Assembly: GCA_004431415.1 (NCBI GenBank)
Contig: QPMI01000214.1
Location: 87,651 to 151,650 of the forward strand
Length of the DNA: 64,000 nucleotides
From: Cyanophora paradoxa CCMP329
Taxonomy: Eukaryota; Plantae; Glaucophyta
Reading direction: 5' to 3'
Position numbers and translations under genes: made by a program. Positions 11,365 through 24,751 of this stretch are shown in pieces (positions within the stretch are counted from its first letter, which is position 1; each line of letters begins with the position of its first letter). The notes under the pieces were generated by a model. The model saw nothing but the letters and a program-made list of their open reading frames with translations, ran no database searches and was not told the origin of the DNA.

Positions 11365-14300
11365 CTAGCTCGGGAAGGCGAACTCGTCGTCGCTGTCGTC
11401 TGCGGTGGCCGCCGCTGCGGAGCCGACGGCGGCCTTGACGGGCGTGCCGAGGTCGGTGGGGTCGGGGGGCCAGCGGGCGCCGCTCTGGGGCAGGGGGATC
11501 GGGGGCGAGGGGGAGGCGGCCGCGTCCGGCGCCAGGTCGAAGTCGAGGTCGCTGAGGTTAAGGGCGCCGCGGACTGCCGCCGCTGTGAGGCCCGCTGCTG
11601 GTGGCGACGGCGACGGGAAGGCTGGGAGCACGGAAGAGGCCGCCGCCGCGAGCGCGGGAATGGGCGCAGGGGGCGGCGAGGCGAAGATCTCGCTGACCTC
11701 GCTGGCCCCGGCGCTCGGGGAGGGGACGGCGACCTCGAGCTGGCGGCGCGCCGGGGCGACGCCCCAGGGCGGCTGCGGGGCGGCATCCACCTCCTCCTCC
11801 TCGTCCTCCTCGGCCTCGCCGTCCTCGCTCTCGTCGGAGAAGGCGTGGCCGGCGTGCGGCACGGCCACGGCGGCCGTCGTCGCGGCGACGAGGAGCGGCT
11901 CGGGCTCGGGCTCGGGCTCGGGCGCGGGGGCGTCGGTGGCCGGGCCGCCCTGCGCGAACCCGAAGGCCTCGTCGCCGAGCGCCGCCGCGTACTCCTCCCC
12001 CGCCGGCGCCCGGAACGCCTCCCAGCCCAGCGCCAGGCCGGCCGCCTGCGCCCCCGGCGCCCCCGCCTCCGCCGGCCCGCCGCCGAGCCACGCGTCGGGG
12101 ATCTCGACCTCCATGTCGGGGCCGGGGGCGGGGCCGGGGCCGGCGGGGCTGGGCGGCGGGGCGAGGTGGGGCGGTGGGCGAGGCCGTGCGGGGCGTGGGC
12201 GTCGTCCTCCGAGGCGGACATCGGGCGGGGCGAGTGCGCCTCCTCGTCCTCCGAGAAGGCCCGGCCCCGCAGCTCGGCCGGCAGCTCCCCGTGCGCCCCC
12301 TCCGCCCCGCCCCGCCCTGCCCCGCACCGTCAGCCCCCGCGTGCACGCAGCGCCCCGGCGCGGCTCCCCCGCGCCGCGCACCCGCGCCGTCGAATACCGC
12401 GAGGAGCGTGCCTCCGCGCCCGCCTCCTCTGCATGCGCCTCGGCCGCCCCCGCGGCGCTCGCTTCCTCCGGAGGCGTCGCGAGCGCCTGGGGGCGGCCGG
12501 GGCGTGCTGGTGGCGGGCGAGAGGCTCCTCAGCCTCCTCCCGCTCGGGTGACTGCGGTGTGGGCGCCGACACCGCCATCACCGGCGCCGCCATCGCCGAC
12601 ACCGACGCCGCCGCCGTCGCTGCAGCCGTCGACGCTGTCGAGGCCGTAGCCGCCGCTGCGCGCTGCGCCGGCGCAGCGGCCTGCGACAGACGCGGCGCCG
12701 CATCAGGGCGGGGCGAGGCGGGGAGCAGGGGACGCACGGCGGCGGCGGCCTGGGCGAGGCGCTCGCGCTCAGCGGCAGCGGTGCGCTCGGCGAGCTCGCT
12801 GAGGGGCAGGAGCGGGATCTGCACCGCCCCTGCGCGTCAGAGCCTCGCGGCGAGGCGCGGCGCGCCTTGTGCGCACGTGCGGCTTGGGGGAGCTGCGCGA
12901 CGGAGGGTCAGCGGGGCGCACGCGCGGCGGGGAGGGGCGGCGGCGGACCGGCCGGAGGAGGCGGAGGAGGAGCGGGGCAGGGAGGCGCGCTGGGAGTCGG
13001 AGCCGCCGCCGGTGGAGGGGGAGGCGGCGCTGCCGCCCGTGATGGTGGCGGTGGTGCCGCCCGTGACGACGGCCGAGGTGGTGCGCGGGAACATCTGCAC
13101 CGCCGCCGGCTGCTGCTGCGCCGCCTGCCCGCCCGCCGTCGCCACCACTGCCCGCCCCGCGGTCGGGCCCCGGGCCCCGAGCGGGGACGGTGCGGGGCGG
13201 GCGAACCGCAGACGGCGATGGCGTGGTAGCGGGAGCAGACGACGTCTGCTATGTGGTGCTTCTGCGGCACAGGCGGGGCTCGCGTGGCGCCCAGGAGGGC
13301 GGCGGGGCGGGGCGGGGCGGGGCGGGGCGTACGTCGACGGTGACCTGCTGCACCCCGCGCTGCCGCAGGCCCCATCGGAAGGCCTGGCCCCGCTCTGCCC
13401 CGCCCTCCGTCAGGGCCGGGGCGGGGCGGGGCGGAGCGGGGAGAGGGGCTGCGCAGGCCGTTGCGGAGGTAGGTGGCGTAGGCGGTGCAGGCGACGTGCG
13501 TTACGTGGCCAAGCAGGCCGCCGTCCATCTGGCGGCCGCCGGGTGAGGGCGTGCGCGCGGGCTCCGGCGGGGGCGTCGCCCACGTGCGCCGGCCCGCAGG
13601 GGGCCTCGGGGAGCTTGTAGTGGTGGCCCAGCTGGCCCTCCGCCCCGCGCCCGAACGAGTACACCTCGCCCCGCGCTGGCCCCGCCCGCCCGTCGGCCCC
13701 CGCGGGGCGGGGCGGCGGGGCGAGCGGCGAGGAGGCACCGGTGAGGAGGGCCGTGTGGCCATCGACGTCGAAGGCGCCCCCGCACGCGACCTGCACCACG
13801 TCCCGCGGGGCGTTCGGCACCGGCGCCGGAACCGACCGCTTCGCTCCGCCCATCAGGCGCTCCTGCGACCCGGCCCCGCCCGGCTCGGCTCGGCGGGGGG
13901 CGGCAGGGCCGCGGGGCGGGCGAGGCGGACGGCGGGGGAGCGGGGCAGGCCGGTGCGGCCCCAGGCGGAGACGTTGCCCTGGAGGTCGATGGCGACGGCG
14001 TGGTCGGGCCCGCAGGTAACGCTGCGCGCCGCCGCGCCGCTGTTCCGCAGGCCAGCCACCGCCGTCGGGCGCCGCAGCACGGCGACGCCGGGGCCGTGGC
14101 CGAGCTGCCCGTGGGAGCCCTCGCCCCACGTCGCCACCTCGCCGTCCGCCGAGAGGAGCGCCGCGAAGGCGTGCCCCGCCGACACCGCCGCCACGCGCTT
14201 CTCGTAGGGGACGCGCAGGAACGACTGGCTGTACGGCATGTCGTTGTCCTGCCCCAGCTGCCCGAACCCGTTGCTGCGCGCGCCCCCGTCGGCGGCGCCC

Positions 14301-15329
14301 CGCCCCGCCCCGCGCCCTCGGCGGCAGGTCCGCGCGCACTTGCCGCGGGCGAAGAGGGCGCCGTCCTCGGTGAGGGCGATGACGAAGTTGCCGCCGCACG
14401 CCACGTACTGCAGCCGCGGCGCCGGGCCCGACATCGGCGACTCCGGCAGCCGCTCCTCCTGGAACTGCCCCAGCCCGGGCGTCTCCGCCGGCTCCAGCGT
14501 CCACCGGTACAGCCGCCCCGACGCTGCTACCGGCCTCAGCGCGGTGGGCGCGGCGGCGGCGGGCGGCGGGGGGGGGCACCGGAGACCCAGAAGGCGGAGT
14601 CTGCGGTGGTGGAGATCTGGACGGCGCTCTGCGTGCTGAAGCGGCAGCGCTTCTGGCGCCCCGTATCGACGGCAAGCGCCTGCGCCGGTCGCATCGACTG
14701 CGTGATCGCGGCCTGGCTCTCGGAGCGCTTCGGGGCGCAGAAGAGGGATATCTTCTGCCCCAGCTGGCTGATCGCAGGCAGCTCCTGCACGCTTTCCGAC
14801 GGAAGCCGCACCTGTTCTCGTGTCAGCAAGATTTCTCGACTGTGCAATCATGAAGGGGCGGCGGCTGGGCGGGCCGCAACCGCACCAACTCGATGTTCCG
14901 CCGCTCGCCCCCGCCAGACAGGCCGCCGCTCGGCACCGTCGGCTGCGCCGGGGACCCGCTCCGCAGCATGCCGGCAACCAGCGGCGGCACTGCCGCTGCA
15001 GCTGGCCGCGCAGCTGGCGGCTGCGCTGGTCGCGGCGGCGCCGCTGCTGCTTGGGGAGGACGAGCCGGCGGCGGCGGCGGCTCTGCCGGCCGGCGTCAGG
15101 TGCTTGCGAATCAAACAGGCAAACTTGGGGAAGCTAACCCGGAGCACCGCCCTCGAGGAGGAGCGCTATTGCAGATTCCACGTCGCCGCCCACGTTGTCA
15201 AGCGCCGTCTGAATCTGGCGATCCGAAAACGCATCCCCTGCGCCGCATAGCCGCATACGTGAGACGCGCATGGAGATTCAAAACGCAAACGAACGTACCG
15301 AGGACTTCCCGCACTTGGTCGCTTGCCAT
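11365..15329 (-). CDS. RCC1-repeat protein with N-terminal UBA/CUE-like helical domain and low-complexity acidic C-terminus
   Basis: RCC1 repeats VACGGNFVIALTEDGALFARG, GFGQLG, VSAGHAFAALLSADGEVATWGEGSHGQLGHG, VTCGPDHAVAIDLQGNVSAWG, GEVYSFGRGAEGQLG. Spliced N-terminus MASDQVREVLG|DAFSDRQIQTALDNVGGDVESAIALLLEG. Joining the 11.4-13.1 kb exons to this gene is inferred. Confidence 0.75.
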
Positions 15330-15615
15330 TTGCTAGGCGACCTTCGCGTGCCGGCCCCGGCTCGCTCAGGCTGACCCCTCGGTACGGTCTGCTCTCCACC
15401 TCCGCGCCAAGAAGTGCGAAGGGGCGTTCGCACGTCCGCTGGGCGCGCTTCACCTTTGAATTCAAGAGAGAGTTCAAGCAAGCAGGAAGCAAGTCAGGGC
15501 GGCCACTTCAGAGGGCGGAAAACTCTATACCGATCGAATGCGTGCGAACCAGAAGCGGCAGAGGCCTCAGAAGCTTGTTTGAGGGGCCTGCGATGGGTAC
15601 AGCGTACTTCGCCCA

Positions 15616-16200
15616 ATGTTCGTCGGATCTGCGTCGGTGGCGAGGCCTCAAAGCAGCGGCCTCGTAGCTTTCGGTTCGCCGGCTACCCCGCTGCGATTGG
15701 CGCCACCAGCAGCACCAGCGAAGCACAGTGAGCGGCGATGGAACAGCTCGCGTGTACGTATACGGCGGGCGTTCGTCGGAGATGCGCCGCCGCCGGGCGT
15801 CGCTATCGCCTCGCTGTCCGATGCCAGCGACTTTGCTCCGGACCTGCTCAGCCGTGGTCTGAAGGTTGACCCGCGCCGCCGCGCCGCCACCGCCGTAGTG
15901 CTAGCCTGACGCATGGCGGCGGGCAGAGGAAGGAGTGCGAGGCGTGTAGCGGCACGGGAAAGCTAGTCTGCAAGGCATGCGGGGGCGCGGGGCGGCTGGC
16001 GGTGCCGTCGCTGCGCGGCTCGGAGGAGGAGACGGGCATCCCCCCGATCCAGGTCGTCTGCGGCGACTGCCTTGGCTTCGTCGGCGTCTGCGGAGAATGC
16101 TACGGCACAGGCAAGCCGCCGGGGGCTGCTCGACGCCCCTGGCGACCCCTGACCGCTCGGCACATGTACAGGCATGGTCGACGACCCCGGCGATGCCTGA
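15616..16200 (+). CDS. Small DnaJ-like zinc-finger (CxxCxGxG) protein without a J domain, probably plastid-targeted
   Basis: Spliced: MFVGSAS...SRGLK|RKECEACSGTGKLVCKACGGAG...VCGDCLGFVGVCGECYGT|GMVDDPGDA*. Four CxxC motifs; N-terminus is Ser/Arg/Ala-rich with Phe at position 2. Confidence 0.8.
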
Positions 16201-16497
16201 CGCGCTCGCCGGCTTGGCCGGCCCAGGGGCCAGACCCCACCGGAGCCAGATTCGGCGCTGGCTCTGCTGTACAGGCTGTATTCTACACGTGGTGGTACAT
16301 GCGCGCCCCAAGCACGCCTCTGCATATGTCGCCGGCAGTGGATCCCGGGCGGCCCGCCGGGCGCACGCGCCTTCGAGGGTCGGGAAAAAAAATGCTCGGA
16401 TAATTCCGGCCAGGTAGGAAGGGGGTTGCCCCCCTCCCCACGCGCCGCTGTTTCCAGCGGCTCGGCCGGACCATATCCTTCGCGGGTCGGGGGGGGT

Positions 16498-18100
16498 CTA
16501 GGGCGGGGCGGGGGTGGCAGGGGCGGCGGGGGCGGGCGAGGGCGGGGCCTGGAGGAACTTGAAGACGGCAGAGAAGTCCTCGGGGCCCATTCCCCGCGCC
16601 GCCATCAGCGTGTACACCTGCCCCGTGGCACCGGCCGGCCTCGGCGTCCGACGGTCGGGGCGGGGCGGGCCGGGGGAGCCGGCGGGATGGGACGGGACCT
16701 GGAGGGCAGCAGACGACAGCGGCAGAGGCTGCCTGACGCTCGCGGCCGCCTCGGCCGCCAGCCCCAGGTCCTGCCCCCCGTCGGCGAAGGCGACGGCGGG
16801 GGGTCCGGGACGCGGGGGCTCACCTTGGCCATGAGGTGCGAGGCGAAGCCGCCGGCGTAGCCGCGGGACGCGGGGGCGGAGGCGAGGATGCCGGGGCAGG
16901 GGTTGTAGGTCTCGCTGGTTGTGCCCCAAATCATGGCTCCCCCAAGCGGCGAGATGATGGCGGACCTGGCCCAGGAGCGGGCGGAGGAGGCGTTGATGAC
17001 GTCGGAGAGGACGCGGGGGTCCACGCCGAGGCGCGCCCCAAGCTGCAGCGCCTCCGCCAGGCCCACCATCGCCACCGCCCTGCGCCCCGCCCGCCCCGCC
17101 TCAGCATCCCCCACCCGAGGCGCTGCCCGCCCCGGAGAGCCCGCCGCACATCGCCGCGTTGTTGCAAATCTTCGCCGCCTGCCCCGCCCCGAGCGGGCCC
17201 GTGTGGAACACCCGCTTCCCCATGCACGCCAGCAGCGGGCGCGCCTCCTCCACCTCCCGCTCCCCGCCCCCGACCATGAAAGTCCTGCGCCAACGCCAGC
17301 GAGCATTCAGCGAGGCTGTCTCCGGCGCGGACCCCGCAGGCGCGGCCGGCCGACGGCGCACAGGGTGCCGGCCTCGGCCCCCGCGACGCCCCCCGAGACG
17401 GGCGCGTCGACCATGCCGAAGCCGCGCGCGGCGGCCTCCTGCGCGATGGCCCTCGCCCCGCCCGGCTCGATCGTGCTGCAGTCCACCAGCAGCGCCCCGC
17501 GCCCAGCGCGCGCGCCCGCGAGCACGCCGCGCGCCGGGTCGCAGTACGCCTCGCGTACATGCGGCGTCGAGGGCAGCATGGACACTATGAAGCCCGCCGC
17601 CCGCTCCCCGACCTCCGCCGGCGACCCCGCGACCTCGCAGAGGCCGCCCGAAGCGTCCCGTAGCCGTTCTGCCTGCGGACAGCTGTGTCAAGGCAACAAG
17701 CGGGCGATCTCGGCTTCAATGTGAGAATGAGATGTATTTGGACTAATCAGGGGCTGTGAAAGGGCGAACCGCGCTTCGGTCAAGGTCGTACACGACGAGT
17801 GGATGCAGCTTCATCAGGTTTCGAGCCATTCGACCTCCCATCTGGCCTACGGTTGCATCTCAGCTGAGTCCAACGAAAACCAACCTCAGCAAAGACTCAC
17901 CGAGGCCAATGAACCCGACGCGCCGCGCCGGAGCCGCCTGCAATCGAGTTCGCGCGGAAAGCGCAGGGTCAGCGTAGCTCGGCGCACCATTTGGACAAAA
18001 GGAACTTTGGAAGAGCAGCAGCGGGACGAGTTTGCTTTGCGATAACGCAAAGCCGAGGCGCAGCAAGCCGAAAACCACTGATACCCCCTAGGGGAGGGTC
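16498..18100 (-). CDS. HIBADH: 3-hydroxyisobutyrate dehydrogenase
   Basis: RVGFIGLG|QMGGRMARNL Rossmann motif, LLVDCSTI, MVDAPVSGGVAGAEAGTL|TFMVGG, GAGQAAKICNN, YNPCPG, YAGGFASHLMAK|DLGLA, DFSAVF. Start codon not resolved. Confidence 0.93.
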
Positions 18101-18445
18101 CTGGGTCCTGGCCTGGGTCCTCGAGGGGGAGGGGTATTGCGGAAACAGCACAAGAAACGCTCAAACAGCATCCGAACGATGCCGCCCACCTCAGGTGCGC
18201 TCCGAACAACTCAGAGGAGTCGCCCCGGGACGAGGAATCGCCCTGACGCGATGCGGTTCATCAGGCCAGCGGCCCAGCACAGCGTCGAAGGATTCCCGGG
18301 AACGCAAGTCAACGACGGGCGCGTCCTCGCCAGCGGATTCAAGCCCGCCACCTCTCGCGGATGCCCCGAAGCCGGTGAGTCCAGACTCCCGACGCGGCAA
18401 ACGATCGTTTCCGCCCGATCGGGCACGTATTTCGCGTTTCGAGCG

Positions 18446-20801
18446 ATGTTCGCAAGCGGAGCTCGCCCTGCCAGCTGGACCATCGGCGTAAGCGGACTGA
18501 CGTCGACTAACCGTGCTTCGCAGGTGTCGGTACAGTTGGATCAGCTGCCGACGGCGCGTACGCCTGACCAGGCGGCCGAGCTGTCCAAGAGCGGCCGTCC
18601 CTACGCCGTCGTCCTCGCGGGAGCCGGCCTTGTACGCCTCGCCCCCCCCGGCCTCGCTCCGACCCGCCGCTTCGGGGGCGTGACGCGGACGGCGGGCAGA
18701 CGGATGCCCAGATGGACACTGTGCCTTTCGGAGGCTGCGTCGCCGCAGACCTGAGCGGCAACTCCATCACCAAGCTCGTATGTCCCGCCCGTCCACCCCC
18801 CCGCCCCGCCCCGCCCCGCCGCTCCGGGGTCCCTCTCGCGACCGGCCGCCCGGGGGCGGCGCGCAGCCGAAGAAGCTGCTGGCGGCGTCTGCGGGCCTGA
18901 TGTACCTGGACGTGAGCAGGACGTCGCTCGGGTGCCCCGAACTCCTCAACTGCCCGCTCCTCGCCCACCTCGACCTGTCAGGTCTGCTCTTGCGATCAGG
19001 TTGGGCGGGGTATCGCGCGCGGGATGGGGCGAGTCGAAGGGATTGCGCGCAGGAAACAACCTGACCCTCCTGCACTCTTCCCTGGCCTCGTGCACGCGCC
19101 TGGTACCTCGGCTGCTGGCGCCTGTGCGGGACGCGTGGGGCGGCGCTGAGGGGGCGCAGGTCTCGGTGAAGCTGGCGGGGAACGGGCTGACGGAGCTGCC
19201 GGCGTGGGTGGGGCGCTGGCTCTCCCTCTCGACGCTGGAGGTGCAGGGGAACAAGCTCGCCGTGCTCCCGTCCTCGCTGGGGAACTGCCGCTGCCTCGCC
19301 AAGCTCGACGCCTCCAACAACCGCCTCGTCTCCCTGCCCCCCGAGCTCGCCAAGTGCCCCGACCTCGCCGAGCTCAAGCTCGAGGGGAACCCGCTGGCGA
19401 CCCTGCCCCTCGCCCTCCTCCGCCACCCCGCCGCACCCTGCCGCGAGTATCTCTACAAGGTGCCCCGCCCCGCCCGCCCCGCTCCCCCGCGCCGCCCCTT
19501 CCCGCGCCGAGGGCTGTGGGGGGCAGAGCCTGCCGGCGGACCTTGCGGAGGCGGTGCGGGGCGGGCACCGGGAGCTGCTGGGGCGGGCGCGGGCAGCGGA
19601 GGAGCGTGTGGCGGAGAGGGAGGGGGAGGTGCGGCGGCTGGAGGGGGTGCTGGAGGAGCGGGAGGCGCACGCGGGGCGCCTCACGGGGGACATCGCGCGC
19701 CTCACCGCCGAGGCCGCCGAGGCGCGGCGCGGCGCCGAGGCCCTCCAGAAGCAGCTCGCCGCCCTCCACGCCGAGCACGCCGCCCTCATCGACCGCCACG
19801 CCGCCGTCCGCCCGCCCCCGCGCCCCCGCCCCGGCCCGCCCCGCCCCGCCTCACGCCCCCGCCCGCAGCTGGCGAACGCGGCGCAGCTGGCGGAGAGCAA
19901 GGTGGCGGCGGCGCAGCGGGAGCGGGCGGCGGCGGAGGCGGAGCGGGAGAAGATGCGGGGGAGCTGGGGCGGGCGGAGGCGGGGCGGCGGCGGCTGGAGG
20001 AGCGGCTGGCGGACCGGGAGGAGGGCCAGGCGCGGGCGGCCGGGGAGCGGGCGGCGCTGGCGCGGGAGGTGGAGGAGCTGGGGCTGGCGCTGGCGAGCGC
20101 CGGGGTGGTGAAGGGTCGGGGCCGGGGGCGCCCTCGCGGGAGGCGGTGCACGCGCGGCTCACGCTCGCCCAAGAGCTGCGCGCCGTCGAGCGCGCCGTGC
20201 AGTCCCTCCTCGCCCTCGCCGCCCTCCCCGACCCGACGCGCCCGCCCGCTCCCTCCTCTCCCCGACCGCCGCCTCCGCCGCCCGCAAGGCCGCCCCCAGC
20301 CCCGCCCGCCCCGCCTCCGCTGGCAAGCTCCGCTCCGGCCCCGCGGCCGCCTCCCCCGCCCGCCCCGCGACGGCGGCTGGGGCGCGCCCCGTGGCGGCGC
20401 CGGCGGCGGCGGCCTCGCCGGCGTCGGCGCGCAAGCCGGCGGGGAAGGCGGCGGCGACGCCGGCCAAGGAGGCGGCGCCGGTGCAGGAGGAGGCGGCGGC
20501 AACGCCCGGGGCGTCGGAGGGGGCGGCGGAGGAGGAGGCGGCGCGGCGGCGGCTGGCGCGGCTGGAGATCAAGCTGCGGCAGCTCGAGGAGCGCATGAGG
20601 CGCCAGATGGAGCGCCTCCTCTCCCCCGCCGAGCGCCAGTCCCTCGGCATCGCCGCCCCGGCCCCCCCCCCCCGCGAGAAGACCCCGGGCCTCTTCAGCG
20701 AGTACGCCCCGGACCCCGACGCCCGCGGCGGCGCCCCGCCGGCCCCCGCCGCCCCCGCAACGCCCACCCGGCCCCTCTACATCCCCGACCCCTTCGCCTG
20801 A
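18446..20801 (+). CDS. Leucine-rich-repeat protein with coiled-coil and Pro-rich C-terminus
   Basis: LRRs: DLSGNSITKL, LDLS|GNNLTLL, LAGNGLTELP, LEVQGNKLAVLPSSLGNCRCLAKLDASNNRLVSLPPELAKCPDLAELKLEGNPL. Then E/R/A-rich heptads; ends LYIPDPFA*. Confidence 0.85.
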
Positions 20802-20927
20802 GTCCCCCCCCCCCCCCCTCTCGTCGTGCCACAGCGGCCGAAGGCCCTGGGCAGAGTCGTTTGGACAGAAAGTTACAGTGTCCTCTAATATTCACATGCC
20901 ACGCGGACCGCAGAGTCGCGCCCAATG

Positions 20928-20969
20928 CTCACCGCTAAGGACCGCCTCACCGCTAAGGACCGCTAAGGA
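20928..20969. repeat. Short tandem duplication (18 bp unit ctcaccgctaaggaccgc x2 plus partial)
   Basis: Seen directly in the convergent 3' intergenic region. Confidence 0.8.
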
Positions 20970-21203
20970 AGTACTAGGGTACACACAACGCGACTCTAAG
21001 AGTCCGAAGGGGGCGCATGCCGCGCGCACACACGAACATTCACTGGCCTGCGATTAGCTGAAGGCCGGCGTGCTCGGCGCTGCCGTCCGCGTGATTTACA
21101 GAGCGCCGAGGGCGGCCGGGCCCGACGGTAGAGGGGTGCGAAGTGTCGGAGCCAGGCGGGAGAGGCGCTGTGGGGCCGCCGGGGCGGCTAGGGGCGGGGG
21201 GCC

Positions 21204-22687
21204 TCAGGCGGCGGCCGCCGGCTCGAGGCGGGCGGCGGGGGCCTCGAGGGCCTCCGGGGCGGCCTCGGGCTCCCCCGGCGGCTCCCCCGCCGCCTCCGCG
21301 CCCTCCCCCGCCTCCGCCTCCGCCTCCGCCTCGCCCTCGCCCCCGCCCTCGCTGCCCGCCGGCGTCCCCGCCCGGGGCCGGGCCGCGTGCGGGTGCGGGA
21401 TCACCCCGGCCCCCACCGACGCCTCCGAGCCATCCGCCTGCGCGATCACCCTCAGCGGCTGGGGGGCGGGGCCGGGGCGGCGGGGCGGGGGCACCGAGGC
21501 GGGGCGGGGCGGGGAGCCCGGGCGGGCCTGCACCTGCGCCGGGGCAACGGGCCCCGGGCCGCTGGAGCGGGCGTGGTGCCCGCGGAGCGCCTGCGCAGCG
21601 CGCCGCTGAGCGACGGGGGCGCGGGGGCGGGGGCGGGCGGGCCTGGGGCGTCATCTCCTGGTCCTCCTCGCGGAAGAAGCTCTCGCACGCCGACGCGATC
21701 TCGTGCAGGCACTCCGGCACCGCGCTGCCCCCACGCCCCGCGGTCCGTCACGCGATCGGCCGCGCGGGGTGCCCCGTCGGGGGCGCGGACGCCGGGCACC
21801 GCGAGAAGTTGTCCTTCAGGTAGTCCCAGATCGCCCCCCAGGGGTCCACCTCCGCCAGCTCCGCCTCCCCATCTCCTGCCCCGGCCCGCTCCGCCTGCCC
21901 CGACCGCCCCCGCCGTCAGCGGGCCGGCCGCCTCGCCGGCGGGCGCTGCAGCTGCTGCGCCGGGTCGCACGGGGCGCTCGGGGCGCTCGTCCGGGCGCGG
22001 CGCCCCGGGGTTGACCCCGATGTAGTAGACCGCCGCCCCTGCCTCTTCCTCGCCCTCTGCCGCGGCGCTTAGGCCGGCGCCTCTGCCGTCGCGGTGGGGC
22101 CGGCGCACGGGGCAGGGGCGTGAGTCCGCGCTGCAGCGGGTGGGAGAGGCCGTCGGCTTCGTCGGCGATGGCGGCGAGGTCCACGGCGGGCGCCTGCCGC
22201 GGCACGGGGAGGCGCTCGAACAGCATCGCGAGCAGCAGGCGCAGGAGAACGGCCAAGAAGACCGCCGGCAGGCGCAGCGGCGCCCACGACGGCGGCGCGC
22301 GCTTGCGTGCAAAGAGCTAAAATCGGCGCGCGGCGCGGGGGCGGGCGGGCGCGGGGGCTCGCCTCGTCCTCGCCGCCGATGCCGTCGGCGGTCGGCGCGA
22401 CGGCCTCGCGCGCGGCGGCTGTCGCCTCGTCGTGCTCCGCCTCCGCGGGGCTGGGCGGAGTGACGTGAATCTGCGGAATGTGGGCGCTCGACGAGAGCCG
22501 CCGCGCCGGCGCGAGAGCAGGGCGCGGGCAACGCGCGGGCTCGCCTCGATGATAGCGGGCGTCTCCTCCGCTGCGAGCGCTCTCGTCAAGCCCGGAATGT
22601 GAGCCGCCAGCCTGGCAGCGCACGGATTGCGGAGGCCCCGACGACGACAAACTCGGCGGCGGTGTCGGAGCTTGGTGTAGTGCTCAT
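21204..22687 (-). CDS. Hypothetical spliced protein with one hydrophobic segment and an acidic C-terminus
   Basis: Exon-like segments VFLAVLLRLLLAMLFERLP, DPWGAIWDYLKDNFSR, VPECLHEIASACESFFREED, separated by typical introns; no family recognised. Confidence 0.55.
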
Positions 22688-22842
22688 CTTGAGGCTTGTT
22701 GTTTGGCGCCCGACGGTGCGAGAGGGCCGGTTTTTAGCGAGGTGTTTTACTGTACTCCCCTACTGGCCCTGCGTGTATCCCCCTGCTGCTCTCGCAGGCT
22801 TCTGCCAGGCTTTTGGCAGGCTTCTGCCAGCGTCTGCAGCCC

Positions 22843-24719
22843 ATGGAGGATCCGCGCTCGCCGCCGCTGCTCCTGGTGGTGGCAGTGCAAGGGGCGTCCG
22901 TGATTGGCGATGCGCTCGCGCAGCGGTGCGCGCTGCTACAAGGCCCCGTCACAGCGCCCGCAAAATCCTTATTTCGAGCGCCAGGTGTCAAAACGTCTGC
23001 TTTCGTACGTTATACACCGGACTCGCACTGTCAGTTTCATTGCAAGCGCTGACGACGATAGCGCAGAACGTCACCGGGCGCAGATGCTGCTCGGCCTGAC
23101 GACCGTCTCGGCGGTGCAGGTCATGGTCCTGCTCGCCCTCGCGCAGGCGCGGCGCGGCGGGGCCGCCGTTTTCGAATTCGAGCGAAGCTGACCTCGCCGG
23201 CGCCAGCTCTTACTCCCCGCCGAGATAACGGGCGCTGTGTACGAGGGGCGCGAACTGGTGCGTACGCACTCAGCGGGGCGGGGCGTGGGTCCGGTCCAGC
23301 GGGGCGGCCGCGGAGCGGCAGTGAGGTCGCCGTCGCAGAAGCGGTGCTGCCTGGGGTGGGATGAAGGGCCCGTGCCGGCGTCGGTGAAGGACTGCGTCGA
23401 GGTGAATTGCAGCCGTCGCCCCGTGCCGGCGCTCGCCGGCGCCGGCAGCCGCTCTGAGCTCGAGCACCGGCGCACCGCAGCGGGCGTGCGCGGCGCAGGG
23501 CCCCTTCTCGATCCCGGGTTTCCTATGGGGGCACCCAGCGCTGCTGCTGAACGGGCTGCTGAACATCGTGTACTACTGGGCGGAGATCGAGCTCTACCGC
23601 ACGCCCCTCGGCCTCGTCCTCATCGTCTGCAGCGCTCTCGCGTGCGCGCCCCGCCCCGCCCCGCGCGGCCCGGCGCCCGACGCGCCGCCCCAGCTCCACC
23701 TTCCTTCTCGACCCCGTCGCCCGGTGCCCGCCGCCCGCCGCGCCGCCCCGGCCCGCCCCTCCCGACGCCGCGCAGGGCCTTCGGGCTGCCGGCCTCCGCG
23801 GCCTCCCCACCCCCGTCCTCCTCCTCGGCTTCGCGGGTTCGCCATCCCCCCCGACCCCTCTTCCGCCCCCGCCCCGCCCCGATCGCCCCGCAGCTGCCTC
23901 GCCTGCGCAGTGGAGCTGCCCGCGGCGGACCCGCAGCGCCAGCTGCCGCCGCCCGCCGCCGCTCCCCCGCGGGGCGGCGGGGCGGGCCAAGCTGAAGAGC
24001 AGTGGCGACGAGGACGGAGACGGCGAGGCGGTTTCCCCGCGAGGCGGCGGCGAAGCGGCGGCGGGGCCGGCAGCGGCGGCGGCGGCGGCGGCGCAGGCGC
24101 AGGTGCACCTGCGCGGGGCCCACCGCGAGAAGGAGGGCGCCGGCAGGGAGCCCAAGGCGGCCCCCGCGGGGGCGGGCGCTGGGGGCGGGGCGGAGGGCGG
24201 CGGGGGCGGCGCCCTGCAGCGGACGCTCGCCGTCCTCGTCCCCTTCTTCGCGCTGAGGTGGGCCCGTGCGCTGCCCCCGCCTCCTCCGCTGAGGCGCCGC
24301 AGCTTCTCCTACTGCCTCTGGTTCGTCACCCAGGTCCGCGCCCCGCCCCACTGCAGACGCGCCGCGCGGGCGGGGGGCCCCCGCCAGCTGCCCCCCCGAA
24401 CCGGCCCCGCCGCGCACGCAGAAGTACTTCCACGACGACTACGGCCTCAACGGTTGGGCCCGGCCCCGCGCTCTGCGCCCCGCGTGCGGCGGCGCTGGGC
24501 CTCACCGACGGGGGCAGCGTGGGGGTACACGGCGGTGGACCAGGGCTTGCTCCCCCTGTACATCGTCCCCTTCCTCTACGCCGCCGCCGCCTCCCCAACC
24601 CTCGCCCCCGCCGTCGGCTTCCGCCCCGTGCGCCCCACCGCCCCGCCCCCCGCCCCTACACCGCTCCACGGGACCCTTTCCGCCCGGCGTGCCCGCCCCG
24701 CGCTGTGCCCCCGCCCCCC

Positions 24720-24751
<32 letters not shown>

